Numbered from the stretch's first letter, positions 9,245 to 18,710 are shown. The stretch: 24,000 nucleotides of DNA from Candidatus Heimdallarchaeota archaeon (GCA_048881705.1 JBHLSH010000050.1:4915-28914), one strand, 5' to 3'. Made by a program: numbers and translations. The notes: generated by a model from the letters alone, not told the origin.

Positions 9245-9886
9245 ATGAAATCAAGTTCATTCCTACTTTCCGGAACATTAGCTGGAACAATCACCTCAGT
9301 TATCTTTATATTGTTACATTTTCTGTTTATCGCGGATATCTTCTTTATTTTGCCGGTTGCGATAATTTTGGGTGCCTTAACGGGTGGTTGTTTAGCCTGG
9401 GCATACTTAAGGATATTTAACAGTTTTGATCTGCAAAATTTAACGAAATTTTTGGCCCTCTTTTCAATTCCAATGATTCTAGTGGATTTAGTAACCCTTT
9501 TTTCTGAAAAAACCTATTCATTTGAGGAATTGGTTGAATCGCAAACTCTTCCCCCCGATTTTCTTGCTCGAGTTATATTCCCCATCATTCCAATCGTGTT
9601 ATTGTCAGGAATTGCCATAGGTTGGTACTTCGGGAAAGATCGGAAGGCTGTCATTCCAGCAATTTCCGCCAATGTGATGGTATTAATAGGGATTGGGCAT
9701 AACGTTCCCTTTATTAATATGGTTTCAGTAGATAATCTTGTTCTCTTCCTTGAAATTAAGCTGTTCTTTTACTTAATCCTCATAATAATGGTTATTGTCT
9801 ACGGAATTACCCTGGTTATCCTTGAAAGAAGTTCTTTATCGTATAAATTTACCCTCTATTTCAAGAGTCAAGATTCTGAAAACTGA
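9245..9886 (+). CDS. integral membrane protein (about 6 TM), unknown function
   Basis: 213-aa ORF that is strongly hydrophobic throughout. Confidence 0.6.
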   Translation: MKSSSFLLSGTLAGTITSVIFILLHFLFIADIFFILPVAIILGALTGGCLAWAYLRIFNSFDLQNLTKFLALFSIPMILVDLVTLFSEKTYSFEELVESQTLPPDFLARVIFPIIPIVLLSGIAIGWYFGKDRKAVIPAISANVMVLIGIGHNVPFINMVSVDNLVLFLEIKLFFYLILIIMVIVYGITLVILERSSLSYKFTLYFKSQDSEN

Positions 9887-9951
9887 CTGAAATTGGGATA
9901 CCAGAGATTTTGGGTTATAGGAGGAATCTACATAAGTTCGGTTTACTTTAA

Positions 9952-10761
9952 ATGAACATGTTAGGATGGCCTATTATGAAATTTAAATTTGATCAAGATA
10001 TTTACGTGGAAATTACTGGAGAAAATCGATTTGAAACGGAAATCTCCAGTGACTGGAACATCGCCGCTCCGAATGGGGGTTATTTGATGGCGATAGCCGG
10101 AAAAGCTATTTCAGCCGTCTCTGATTACAAGATCCCTCTCTCAATAACGGCGTATTTCCATAAACCAACATCGCCAGGTCATGCTGATTTGATCATTGAT
10201 CGTATCATACGAAGCAAAAGGACTATTACCATGAATATTTCGCTAATTCAGAAGCAGGCGGTAGTTATTTCTTATACAGGAATGTTCGCTCAGAAAGATT
10301 CGTTTAGCGGGCTAACTCTGATCCAAGGACGGCCGATGTTACCTGATCCATCGGTTTGTGTAGAGATGTCCAACGTTCCGCTCCCGTTCTTCAAACAGGT
10401 TAAACTTTTAGTTCCTAGCGAACAATTAGACTGGTTAAGGGGAGAAGAAGGCAAAGAACTGGGTTTTTCGGGCTACTTCAGTTTTCAGGATAATCGTCCA
10501 CTGGATGCTCTGGCAGTGCTGTTGTTCGTGGATGCAACCCCTCCGCCCATCCTACGAAAAACTGGACCTTTAGCATGGGTCCCCACACTTGAGTTAACAG
10601 TTCAGATAAGAGACATACCCAAGGGTAAAACCCTGGGCTTTATCTCGAAATCTCGCTTCATAACGAACGGTCTCGCGGAAACAGACATCCAACTTTGGAG
10701 TGAGGAAGAAAAGATTATTGCTCTTGGACGCCAGCTTGCCTTTATAAAAGAAAGCGTTTAA
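9952..10761 (+). CDS. acyl-CoA thioesterase, double hot-dog (TesB-like / 4HBT_3) family
   Basis: 269-aa ORF. The N-terminal pattern F.TEISSDWNIAAPNGGYLMAIAGKA is typical of thioesterase-II-like proteins. The true start may be the ATG at 9976 (MKFKF). Confidence 0.7.
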   Translation: MNMLGWPIMKFKFDQDIYVEITGENRFETEISSDWNIAAPNGGYLMAIAGKAISAVSDYKIPLSITAYFHKPTSPGHADLIIDRIIRSKRTITMNISLIQKQAVVISYTGMFAQKDSFSGLTLIQGRPMLPDPSVCVEMSNVPLPFFKQVKLLVPSEQLDWLRGEEGKELGFSGYFSFQDNRPLDALAVLLFVDATPPPILRKTGPLAWVPTLELTVQIRDIPKGKTLGFISKSRFITNGLAETDIQLWSEEEKIIALGRQLAFIKESV

Positions 10762-10905
10762 TCACATCATCCGTTCTATGTTTAATCCTTTAGAGAGGAT
10801 TAAAAAGCTCCTGAACGTCCTTTTTCAAATTTGCTAAGACTTCACAAAAGATTATGATCCCCAATGCGTCTCTATATTTATTTGATTTTGGAATATTTAC
10901 CAGTT

Positions 10906-11598
10906 CTAATAAATTTTCGGAATGAGGCGGTATTTAACCTGTTCCATATATTCCTTGTATCCTGCCAAGTGATTCATCAGCATATCTTCCTCAATTCGTA
11001 TCCTGAAAAGTAATAAGATTGGAAATAACAAAGAAACCAGGAAAGCGATAAGCGATCCTAAAGCTAAAGGTATACAAACTATCATAACTGCGGCAACCGC
11101 ATACATCGGATGTCTAACATATTGATATGGGCCAGAAGTGATCAGTTCATGGTCCTTATGAATAACTAGACCTTTTGAGGCGTACCTGTTAACTTTGTTA
11201 ACATAGGTGATTCCAATGAACCCCGTAATAAATCCGATAAATCCAAGAAGCTCGAGATACCATGGGAGAGGAGAGATCTTGGATGCATGATCAATTCCAG
11301 GAAAAATTACAATAAAACCAAATACGACCAAACCAAGGATCATGAAGGTTCTATCAGGGAAAGAGTGAGTTTCTGGGTTATCTGTAAAATATTTTCCTCT
11401 TTTAAATAATATGTCTGGATCCTTAATTAAAGAATAGAGAAAATACAGGAATGCATAACCTAAAAAGACAAAGATAAATAACCAACCTTCTAACCAAGCA
11501 AAATCATTGGCTGGAATGAGAACAAGCGCACTAAAAACCACAGAAACGATTGGAAGGTAAAAGATCATTAGGAGTAATATCTTAACGCGATCGTCCAT
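10906..11598 (-). CDS. isoprenylcysteine carboxyl methyltransferase (ICMT) / phospholipid methyltransferase family membrane protein
   Basis: 230-aa polytopic ORF. The C-terminal SAM-binding signature LITSGPYQYVRHPMY is followed by a TM segment. An SD (AGGTG) lies 6 nt upstream of the ATG. Confidence 0.8.
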   Translation of the reverse strand: MDDRVKILLLMIFYLPIVSVVFSALVLIPANDFAWLEGWLFIFVFLGYAFLYFLYSLIKDPDILFKRGKYFTDNPETHSFPDRTFMILGLVVFGFIVIFPGIDHASKISPLPWYLELLGFIGFITGFIGITYVNKVNRYASKGLVIHKDHELITSGPYQYVRHPMYAVAAVMIVCIPLALGSLIAFLVSLLFPILLLFRIRIEEDMLMNHLAGYKEYMEQVKYRLIPKIY

Positions 11599-12052
11599 GT
11601 AAACACCTGGAAGTGCATTTTATTAATGGTTTCGTCCCAAAAATATGCATCCCGTTATTTATACATTTCTCGTACGAAGTTCCGCGTGGTTAGTCGATCA
11701 AATTTTGTTTTCGATGGATTGATCGGACTTTGGACCGATTAGTTATACTACTAATCTACAGAATGAGAATAGTTCCTGCAAAAAACCCCATGTCTTTACT
11801 GCAGACACTCAAAGACGGAGTTACTCCCAGGAAATATTCGGAAAAACTTGATTTCATTCTCAAAATGAGATGTTTCGGGTAATAAAGAGTAGATGTTGCT
11901 TTCCTCAAATTATAGCTCCGCTATATCCCTGCAGAAACCCGAAGAAAAAATGGAAGAATGCATCGATTCCCTAGCGTAATGGCCCCTTTCTTTCGAGAAT
12001 CGCACGAAAATCAAGAACTAGTTAACTATTGTTTTCCGAAAAAACGATTAAA

Positions 12053-13483
12053 ATGTCGAAAATAAAGAGTATGACATTCACACAGAAAGAGATCTTCCTC
12101 GCTGAAGATGCGATTGAGAAATTGCGAGGATTGATCCAAGGGGACGTACTTCTACCTTCCCACGAAGATTATGATGAAGTACGTAAGATCTGGAATGCTA
12201 TGATTGACAAGCGTCCTGCCATCATCGTCCGATGTACTAATCCAGGAGATGTAATTGACGCGGTAAAGTTTGCGCGTGAACATGATCTCTTAGTGTCCGT
12301 TCGAGGCGGCGGACACAATGTAGCTGGAACTTCTTTATGTAATGATGGGATGCTGATAGATCTCTCGCTCATGAAAGGAGTTCGTGTTGATCCTAAAGCC
12401 AAAACGGTACGTGCTCAAGCTGGTGCCACTCTAGGAGACCTTGATCGCGAAACCCAGGTATTCGGTCTTGTGGTTCCAGCTGGCATCGTGACAACAACTG
12501 GCATTGCTGGCCTAACCCTTGGTGGAGGCTTTGGCTGGCTTTCACGCAAATATAAACTTACCTGTGACAACCTTATATCCGTTGATATGGTTACAGCTGA
12601 TGGCGAATTCCTCACAGCAAGTGAAACTGAACACGAAGATCTTTTCTGGGGGATTCGTGGTGGTGGTGGTAACTTCGGTATTGTCACTCAATTCGAATAC
12701 AAGCTCGTACCAGTGGGCCCAATAGTTCTTGGCGGAATGCTGCTTCACCCTATGTCTGAAGCAAAGGAATTTCTAAGCTTCTATCGTGATTTCATTGCTG
12801 ATGCACCCGACGAACTTACTGTTGCACCATTACTTCGGATAGCCCCTCCTGCACCCTTTTTGCCTAAGGAGGTTCATGGCAAACCAGTAGTAGGTATTAT
12901 CGCTCTATTTTCAGGTTCAGTTGAAGAGGGTGAAAAACTCCTTGCGCCTTTAAGAAAATGGGGAAAACCCCTGGTTGATGCAATTAGCCCAAAACCTTTC
13001 AGAACCCTTCAATCTTTACTGGATGTTTCAGCTCCAAAAGGATGGTATTACTACATCAAATCGGAATTCCTACCTCCATTAAGCGATGAAATGATTGACA
13101 CATTGATAACTCATGCATCGAAAATCTCGTCGGGCAAAACAACTGTTTTAGGATTTCATCTTGGTGGCGCAGTAAGTCGCATTGATGAAGATGCAACAGC
13201 ATATAGTCACCGTAATGCCGCTTATTCGCTTATCATCAACTGTGCGTGGACAGATCCATCTGAATCGGAAAAGCATATTAAATGGACACGTGGACTCTGG
13301 GAAGATCTCCAACAATTCTCCGTTGGTGGTGCCTATATCAACTTTCAAAGTAATGACGAAGGTGACGACAGGGTCCAAACCACATATGGTTCAACGAAAC
13401 TAGATCGTCTCTCCGCATTGAAGAAAAAGTATGATCCCTCGAACTTCTTCCGTTTGAACCGGAATATTAAACCAACATCTTAA
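12053..13483 (+). CDS. FAD-binding oxidoreductase, FAD_binding_4 / berberine-bridge-enzyme-like family
   Basis: The ORF opens at a TTG at 12029. The first ATG is at 12053. Motifs: VSVRGGGHN, GGGFGWLSRKYG-like, FWGIRGGGGNFGIV, and the BBE-type C-terminus YINF...YDPSNFFRLNRNIKP. Confidence 0.85.
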   Translation: MSKIKSMTFTQKEIFLAEDAIEKLRGLIQGDVLLPSHEDYDEVRKIWNAMIDKRPAIIVRCTNPGDVIDAVKFAREHDLLVSVRGGGHNVAGTSLCNDGMLIDLSLMKGVRVDPKAKTVRAQAGATLGDLDRETQVFGLVVPAGIVTTTGIAGLTLGGGFGWLSRKYKLTCDNLISVDMVTADGEFLTASETEHEDLFWGIRGGGGNFGIVTQFEYKLVPVGPIVLGGMLLHPMSEAKEFLSFYRDFIADAPDELTVAPLLRIAPPAPFLPKEVHGKPVVGIIALFSGSVEEGEKLLAPLRKWGKPLVDAISPKPFRTLQSLLDVSAPKGWYYYIKSEFLPPLSDEMIDTLITHASKISSGKTTVLGFHLGGAVSRIDEDATAYSHRNAAYSLIINCAWTDPSESEKHIKWTRGLWEDLQQFSVGGAYINFQSNDEGDDRVQTTYGSTKLDRLSALKKKYDPSNFFRLNRNIKPTS

Positions 13484-13547
13484 GACGTGAAAGGCGACTA
13501 AAAATAGTAGTGAATTAATTGAAAAAAAGAGGAATAGTGAACACTAG

Positions 13548-14360
13548 ATGAAAAGCGGAAAGATTGAAACAAATGGTCAAAGTTTGTACTACGAAGTTCA
13601 TGGTGAGGGATCCCCTCTGATCTTGATTATGGGTATCGGATACGACGCAACCTTGTGGGGTCTACACCAGATCCCGGTATTTTCAAAAAACTATCAAGTT
13701 ATCGTTTTTGACAACCGGGATGTAGGTCGCAGTTCCCAAGCTAATGGCTCGTACACCATCGCAGATATGGCCGATGACGTAGTTGCATTACTCAACGGTC
13801 TGAAGATCGATCGTGCTAGCGTTTTGGGCATATCGATGGGTGGAATGATCGCGCAGGAGTTTGCATTGAGACATCCTGACCGACTTGACAAGCTTATAGT
13901 AACTGGTACGAGCGCAGATACTAGTCACTCGAAGTTCGATCCAATTTCGGTGTGGAATTTCGTGAAGTCACACGATAAAAACGGACTTACATTCGCAGCC
14001 CAACAGTTTTTGTGGCTGTTCTCAGATACGTTCTTGCGTAACCCCGGAGCTGTCGATCAAACTCTTCAAATGCTTGCCTCCAACCCGAATCCTCAGAGTC
14101 CGGAAGCTTACGAAAGACAGGCGGACGCTTACGTTAAGCATGATACATTAAGTCGCTTGGGTGATGTCAAGGCGCCTACATTAGTTATATGTGGTGAACG
14201 TGACCGATTGACGCCGCCTTGGGTGTGTCGTCGTGTTGCTGATGCCATTCCTGGGGCACGTTATCACCAGATAGACGGACCGGGTACATCCCACGTTTTA
14301 CCGTTAGAAAAACCCGACGATTTTAATGCTATCGTGATGTCGTTCCTCGACAATAACTAG
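13548..14360 (+). CDS. alpha/beta-fold hydrolase
   Basis: 270-aa ORF. Oxyanion region LILIMGIG, nucleophile elbow GISMGG, and a C-terminal D/H region (GERD...SH). Confidence 0.85.
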   Translation: MKSGKIETNGQSLYYEVHGEGSPLILIMGIGYDATLWGLHQIPVFSKNYQVIVFDNRDVGRSSQANGSYTIADMADDVVALLNGLKIDRASVLGISMGGMIAQEFALRHPDRLDKLIVTGTSADTSHSKFDPISVWNFVKSHDKNGLTFAAQQFLWLFSDTFLRNPGAVDQTLQMLASNPNPQSPEAYERQADAYVKHDTLSRLGDVKAPTLVICGERDRLTPPWVCRRVADAIPGARYHQIDGPGTSHVLPLEKPDDFNAIVMSFLDNN

Positions 14361-14583
14361 TACGATGGTACCCCGTTTTATCGTGGTAACAATCTCCTAT
14401 CAAGGCTGATTTGTTAAAACGACTAGTTGACAAATAGTTCTTGATTCCCTTTCAAGAATTCCTCCTTTCTTTCCATTTTTCCTTTCTTTTCCAATTTAGA
14501 TAGGAATCTCTAAATCATATTAAGTGGATGGAAGCCTCTTCCCCTGCTGCTGAACTCTTTTTTAACACCTCAAGGTTATGAAA

Positions 14584-14640
14584 GCCCAGTAGCCCAGGGT
14601 ACTAAATATTCGTGACAACTTTCTCTACTGGGCGAATTTT
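14584..14640. terminator. intergenic hairpin (9-bp stem gcccagtag/ctactgggc, 32-nt loop) followed by TTTT, lying between convergent genes
   Basis: Perfect inverted repeat 14584-14592 / 14625-14633. A T4 run at 14637-14640. A pyrimidine tract at 14459-14492 lies upstream. Confidence 0.25.
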
Positions 14641-14713
14641 GGCATCAAGAGAGAAAACAATTCCCTCCACGTGAGAAGATGGTTGTCGTATAAAGGATAA
14701 TCTATTCAATTAA

Positions 14714-15241
14714 TCATCTAAAGGATATCCATTTGTGACGGCCCTTTTTGGGTCGATCTTCAAAATCCTCATTGTCATGACGGTTAGAAGATCGGCTATT
14801 TCGAGAACCACGTTGCGGGGATCTACCTCTCCCTCGATTTCTATTCATATCTCTTCGGGTGTCGGCTGTATGTTCGGAGGAACGATTGTTTTCTTCATTA
14901 ATTGTTTCAAAAATTGTCTCATCCTCAGTTATGATTCCATCCTTGCCTTTTGATAGTTGAAGGGAGTTTCTGAAGACATTCGCATAACCATTAGACAGTT
15001 TGTAGACAGAATCCTGTTTCACCGCATCTATGTCTTCATTCCAAAGAGTAAGGGTAATACTGCCTGTCGGATCAGAAATAGTGAAATCACAGACTCGTTG
15101 AGTTTGTCCAGAGCGATTAGTGACCTTGCGTTCATTATTCCTTTTGGTAACCTTGAAAACGACATTTAGATTTTTTTCAAGAGGTTTCAATGCACTGATT
15201 TTGACATCGTGCGTTTCTTTTAGATTTGTGTTAAAGCTCAT
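14714..15241 (-). CDS. ssb: single-stranded DNA-binding protein, single OB fold (Sulfolobus SSB / human hSSB1-NABP type) with an RG-rich basic tail
   Basis: 175-aa ORF. LKPLEKNLNVVFKV, DPTGSITLTLWNED and GYANVFRNSLQLSKGKDG align by eye with hSSB1 (IKPGLKNLNLIFIV, DKTGSINISVWDD, GYASVFKGCLTLYTGRGG). The tail is NRNRGRGRSPQRGSRNSRSS followed by an acidic patch. Confidence 0.8.
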   Translation of the reverse strand: MSFNTNLKETHDVKISALKPLEKNLNVVFKVTKRNNERKVTNRSGQTQRVCDFTISDPTGSITLTLWNEDIDAVKQDSVYKLSNGYANVFRNSLQLSKGKDGIITEDETIFETINEENNRSSEHTADTRRDMNRNRGRGRSPQRGSRNSRSSNRHDNEDFEDRPKKGRHKWISFR

Positions 15242-15533
15242 TTTTCCACATCGAATTTAAAATATTTAGCCCTTAAATGCTATAAAAAAGTAAAATTAGC
15301 TAATGATCAGATATTTGAAGGCTTTCCTGCTTAGAGAGAAATTCAACTATCCCAATGGTCTTTTTTACTTCCTAAAACAAGATTGAGGCTCATTAGAAGC
15401 CTTTTATTGACATTATATAAGTATATTCTACGACTTTGGGAAGGTCTTTTCTCAAAATTCCCTCCTCTACCCACCGAATTGTTCACTGATTCAGGCTACT
15501 CCTTGACCTAGCACTATTCGACCTTTTGAGTTA

Positions 15534-16238
15534 CTAACCTGCATGTGTTTGTAGCAATTTGTGATTTCCCGTAATTTCATATGCAATTGCCGAAGGGATG
15601 GAAATCAACATCAATACAAGGGCGAGGATACCAAAAAACCATTGAAAACCATATGTAAGTTCTGCGTTGATGATCCAAAGTAGGGGATACCCGAAAATTG
15701 CGATTTCCACTCCAATCCAAAAAGTTAATACAAGTGCGGGGACAATCCATGGCCACAACTTGATAAGGAACCTGTTAACTCGTCCAGTAAGATGTGTGTC
15801 CCACCACCTCAGTGGTTTGTTAATCCTAGTCGCGGCAATTGTGGCCAATATGGTAAAGAAGATCGGTCCATAGCCGCCTCCCACTAACCAGAGAACTAGT
15901 GAAAGTAAAAACAGAACCCGAGCACCATATTTCCGATCGATGAACCAAGCCGCCCATATGGTTACTAATATACCAAACGCTATCGCAAGGAGACCAGTCC
16001 AGAAATAGTTCGGAATGACAGTGATTGCTGTTTCCGTAGCATACTCCCAAAACCTTTGTCCTGGACCAATAGCGTCTATCCAAACGTCATCTGGTGTCAC
16101 GTTCCCTTGAAATGCTTCCAGGATCCCATGTTCTATGCCAGCCACTCCCACAAGAACGCCCAAAGTTGAAGCGATGAGCCTTATTGGACTGACATTTTGC
16201 CAAAATCGTTTCCTATCTTGTAAGTTCATTTGTGTCAT
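15534..16238 (-). CDS. integral membrane protein (about 6 TM), unknown function
   Basis: 234-aa hydrophobic, Trp-rich ORF. It lies 23 nt downstream of the YdjM-like gene, so co-transcription is likely. Confidence 0.6.
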   Translation of the reverse strand: MTQMNLQDRKRFWQNVSPIRLIASTLGVLVGVAGIEHGILEAFQGNVTPDDVWIDAIGPGQRFWEYATETAITVIPNYFWTGLLAIAFGILVTIWAAWFIDRKYGARVLFLLSLVLWLVGGGYGPIFFTILATIAATRINKPLRWWDTHLTGRVNRFLIKLWPWIVPALVLTFWIGVEIAIFGYPLLWIINAELTYGFQWFFGILALVLMLISIPSAIAYEITGNHKLLQTHAG

Positions 16239-16261
16239 CTATCCTTTTTGTTATGCGATCT

Positions 16262-16822
16262 TTATTGAAAAGATAGTACAGTTTTAATTTCAATTTCTTG
16301 TCCATTCCGGAGTTGCCTCCAAACTATCAGATATATTGTTAGACCTATAATTAGCATTCCAAATTCACCTAATAACACTCCCATCTCCGTACTCCATATT
16401 CCAAGTCCGAACGAAGGTGCTCCGCCGAATGGGTGAAGCAAAGGCATCGAACCGTCTGAAAAAATGTAAGTCATTGGTTGAGAAATAAAATCTATAATCC
16501 AGTGGCTGAAAACTAAGAGGCCAAGAGAAAGGCTTATTCGTTGTTCATGCCATACTCCATAACTGATCAATGCTGTAAGTAGGGACCAAATGATCGCCAT
16601 AAACAGACTATGTGACCAAGGCGCAGATCCGGTCTGACCATTCACTGGGGGGGATTCAATCCCAACAACCATGAATCCCAAGAACAGAACGTCAATGAGG
16701 TATGCACCGACGATTAATATCCAGACTGAAATCCTGGGGACAAGTTTCTTGTAAGCAATCCCAACAGCTAGATGAGTCAATCCTGCCATATTTATTTCAT
16801 CCCTTGTTTCATTTTTTATCAC
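16262..16822 (-). CDS. membrane-bound metal-dependent hydrolase, YdjM/DUF457-like
   Basis: The ORF opens at a GTG at 16822. An alternative ATG at 16789 gives MAGLTHLAVG. The N-terminal H, the internal HS, and the SHWIIDFIS histidine/aspartate pattern within TM helices are typical of the family. Confidence 0.6.
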   Translation of the reverse strand: MIKNETRDEINMAGLTHLAVGIAYKKLVPRISVWILIVGAYLIDVLFLGFMVVGIESPPVNGQTGSAPWSHSLFMAIIWSLLTALISYGVWHEQRISLSLGLLVFSHWIIDFISQPMTYIFSDGSMPLLHPFGGAPSFGLGIWSTEMGVLLGEFGMLIIGLTIYLIVWRQLRNGQEIEIKTVLSFQ

Positions 16823-16850
16823 GTATTTGTCCTTTTGTCCTAAATGATCG

Positions 16851-16867
16851 GAAAGTTTAAAACTTTC
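16851..16867. promoter_or_regulatory. perfect 17-nt palindrome GAAAGTTT-A-AAACTTTC in the divergent TrmB / YdjM-like promoter region; candidate operator overlapping a TTTAAAA TATA-like core
   Basis: 8+1+8 perfect dyad read directly from the sequence. A related half-site, caaagttt, occurs at 16876-16883. Confidence 0.3.
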
Positions 16868-16943
16868 AACTGGTTCAAAGTTTATTAGATTAATATGGAT
16901 TTGGATAGCGAAAAAACTCTCGACAGTTTATTTGGTGGACGAA

Positions 16944-17768
16944 ATGTCATCGGCTCAAAATGAGAATATATTGGAGCGGTATGGGCTTACAAATTACGAA
17001 TTCGCAGTTTTTTCGACATTACTTAGACGAGGTGCCTGTGATGCGAAGAATCTGTCAGAACGTTCCAAGGTACCCACGGGACGGATTTATGACGTCACAG
17101 CTTCTTTAGAAAGTAAGGGATTGATTGATATTCAGAAATATTCCAGACCAAAGCTCTATTCTCCGGTGGGTCCAAGCAAAGCAATACGAAATCTGCTGGA
17201 ACGGAAAAAACTGGAGCTGGAGGCGCTAACAGAACAGGCATTACTTGTGGAAGAGGAATTGAAGAAACAGCACAGAATGACTCCCCATGAAAGCCTTTTT
17301 TGGAAGATTGGCATTGGTCACGAGACTATCGGAAAATTCAATGATCGGTTGCTGGAAACCCAAAATTCATTCCTTTTTTATAGTGAATTTTTTGAAACCA
17401 AGCCCCATATGCATACCCAGGAGATCCTAGAAGAAGCAGAAGTTTTTATTGAATTACAAAAAAGGGGGGTTCCTCTAAAACTCCTCATAGGAACTAAAGA
17501 TAAAGCAGAAACCATGCAAGAAATGCTAGAACTTCTCTCTCCTCTCCTACACAGGCTCGATTTTGACAAAATGGAGGTTAAATTTACTGAAACTATTACC
17601 GTTCCATTTGTGGTCATAGACGACGAAAAAGTGGTCTTAAAGATAAAAAATCCTGCAAATCTCAAAGAATTTTTTGCCTCAATCTATATTTGGCAACGGA
17701 AATTTGCAATAGAGCTTGCAGTAAAATTCGAGGAGATGTGGAATCATGCTAGCGAATTTTCATTTTAA
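16944..17768 (+). CDS. TrmB-family transcriptional regulator (winged HTH plus C-terminal effector-like domain)
   Basis: The ORF opens at a TTG at 16932. The first ATG is at 16944. The N-terminal pattern YGLTNYEFAVFSTLLRRG...AKNLSERSKVPTGRIYDVTASLESKGLI is a typical TrmB wHTH. Confidence 0.8.
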   Translation: MSSAQNENILERYGLTNYEFAVFSTLLRRGACDAKNLSERSKVPTGRIYDVTASLESKGLIDIQKYSRPKLYSPVGPSKAIRNLLERKKLELEALTEQALLVEEELKKQHRMTPHESLFWKIGIGHETIGKFNDRLLETQNSFLFYSEFFETKPHMHTQEILEEAEVFIELQKRGVPLKLLIGTKDKAETMQEMLELLSPLLHRLDFDKMEVKFTETITVPFVVIDDEKVVLKIKNPANLKEFFASIYIWQRKFAIELAVKFEEMWNHASEFSF

Positions 17769-17892
17769 TATTGAGTATCCCGTGGAATTCGTTTGGAAGT
17801 TCTTGTTTCAATTCAAGTGTAAGTTATATGCATGGAAACTAGGTTATTTACCTTGTGGGAGGTTTTCTAAAAAATAATACTCTCTCCTTGGC

Positions 17893-18687
17893 TTATTCAG
17901 CAAACGAACTTTCGTATATCCATTCCGCAACAGGTGAATATCTATGTATAGGTGGATAATTGTCAGCGAAAAGCCATTTCAGGGGATAAGCAATATGATC
18001 GCATGGGAACTCTCGTTGTTCGATCTCCACATCAATCATATCTTCCTCCGCAAATCTCATGCTTTCTGGTTCAATTAGATTGTCAAATGTACTGATAGCG
18101 TTTTGCCATTTGATTTTTGGATTCAAGCACGGCTTATGGCGGTTTAATGAGCTAATAAGTTTACTTGATCTAAGTACCTGAACGAATAATCGATTAAAGC
18201 TAATGTAGTTCGTAATAAGACTCATCATGTTCCAAATTCTATCGCTCTTGAACTTGTTCGTTCCATGATTTGGCACCGAGAGAAGAGACACCCCCCTAAC
18301 TAGGTCTTCAGCGTTGAACGAAAAATGATCAAAATGGGGGCATAGCAGATACCGCACGATTATTCCCCCTATACTATGAGCTATTATGTGAATTCGTTTT
18401 TTATCCCTTTTATATATAAACTCCAATGAGGCATAGAGATCTTCCTGTGCAAGGATTTTAATGTCACCACTAATGGCATTTGATAATCCCAGACTCCAAA
18501 CTCCTAATTCCTCTTTCTTCAGGAAATATTTTCCAAGACTATCCGGGTACTTAAACCAAATCCTTGGCGAACTACCAAATCCGTGCACAAAAAGAACAGG
18601 ATAGCCCTGCCGATCGACAGTTTCGTTTATCAAACGGGCTGTGCCGTGTTTGGTCTTTATTTCATAGATTGCGCGCTCTATGCTCAT
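17893..18687 (-). CDS. alpha/beta hydrolase, lipase/esterase-like
   Basis: 264-aa ORF. PVLFVHGFGSS oxyanion region and nucleophile elbow AHSIGG. It has its own TATA-like box upstream. Confidence 0.75.
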   Translation of the reverse strand: MSIERAIYEIKTKHGTARLINETVDRQGYPVLFVHGFGSSPRIWFKYPDSLGKYFLKKEELGVWSLGLSNAISGDIKILAQEDLYASLEFIYKRDKKRIHIIAHSIGGIIVRYLLCPHFDHFSFNAEDLVRGVSLLSVPNHGTNKFKSDRIWNMMSLITNYISFNRLFVQVLRSSKLISSLNRHKPCLNPKIKWQNAISTFDNLIEPESMRFAEEDMIDVEIEQREFPCDHIAYPLKWLFADNYPPIHRYSPVAEWIYESSFAE

Positions 18688-18710
18688 AGATATGTAGTAG
18701 GGCTTTTTGG

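Noticed and set aside
12169-13891. Seven shadow ORFs of 65-90 aa: five antisense (12169-12402, 12415-12687, 12542-12748, 13148-13378, 13694-13891) and two same-strand off-frame (12519-12725, 13182-13403)
   Set aside because: All are nested in the strongly supported FAD-oxidase and alpha/beta-hydrolase frames. They are a by-product of locally higher GC. Their Pro/Arg/Ser-rich translations are typical of shadow frames.
14735-15169. Plus-strand ORFs 14735-14953 and 14957-15169, opposite the SSB gene
   Set aside because: The SSB frame has a clear OB-fold match. The opposite-strand ORFs have no features and together simply mirror it.
15667-16083. ORFs 15667-15873 (+) and 15826-16083 (-) inside the 234-aa membrane-protein gene
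   Set aside because: They are alternative-frame shadows of a longer, coherent polytopic membrane ORF.
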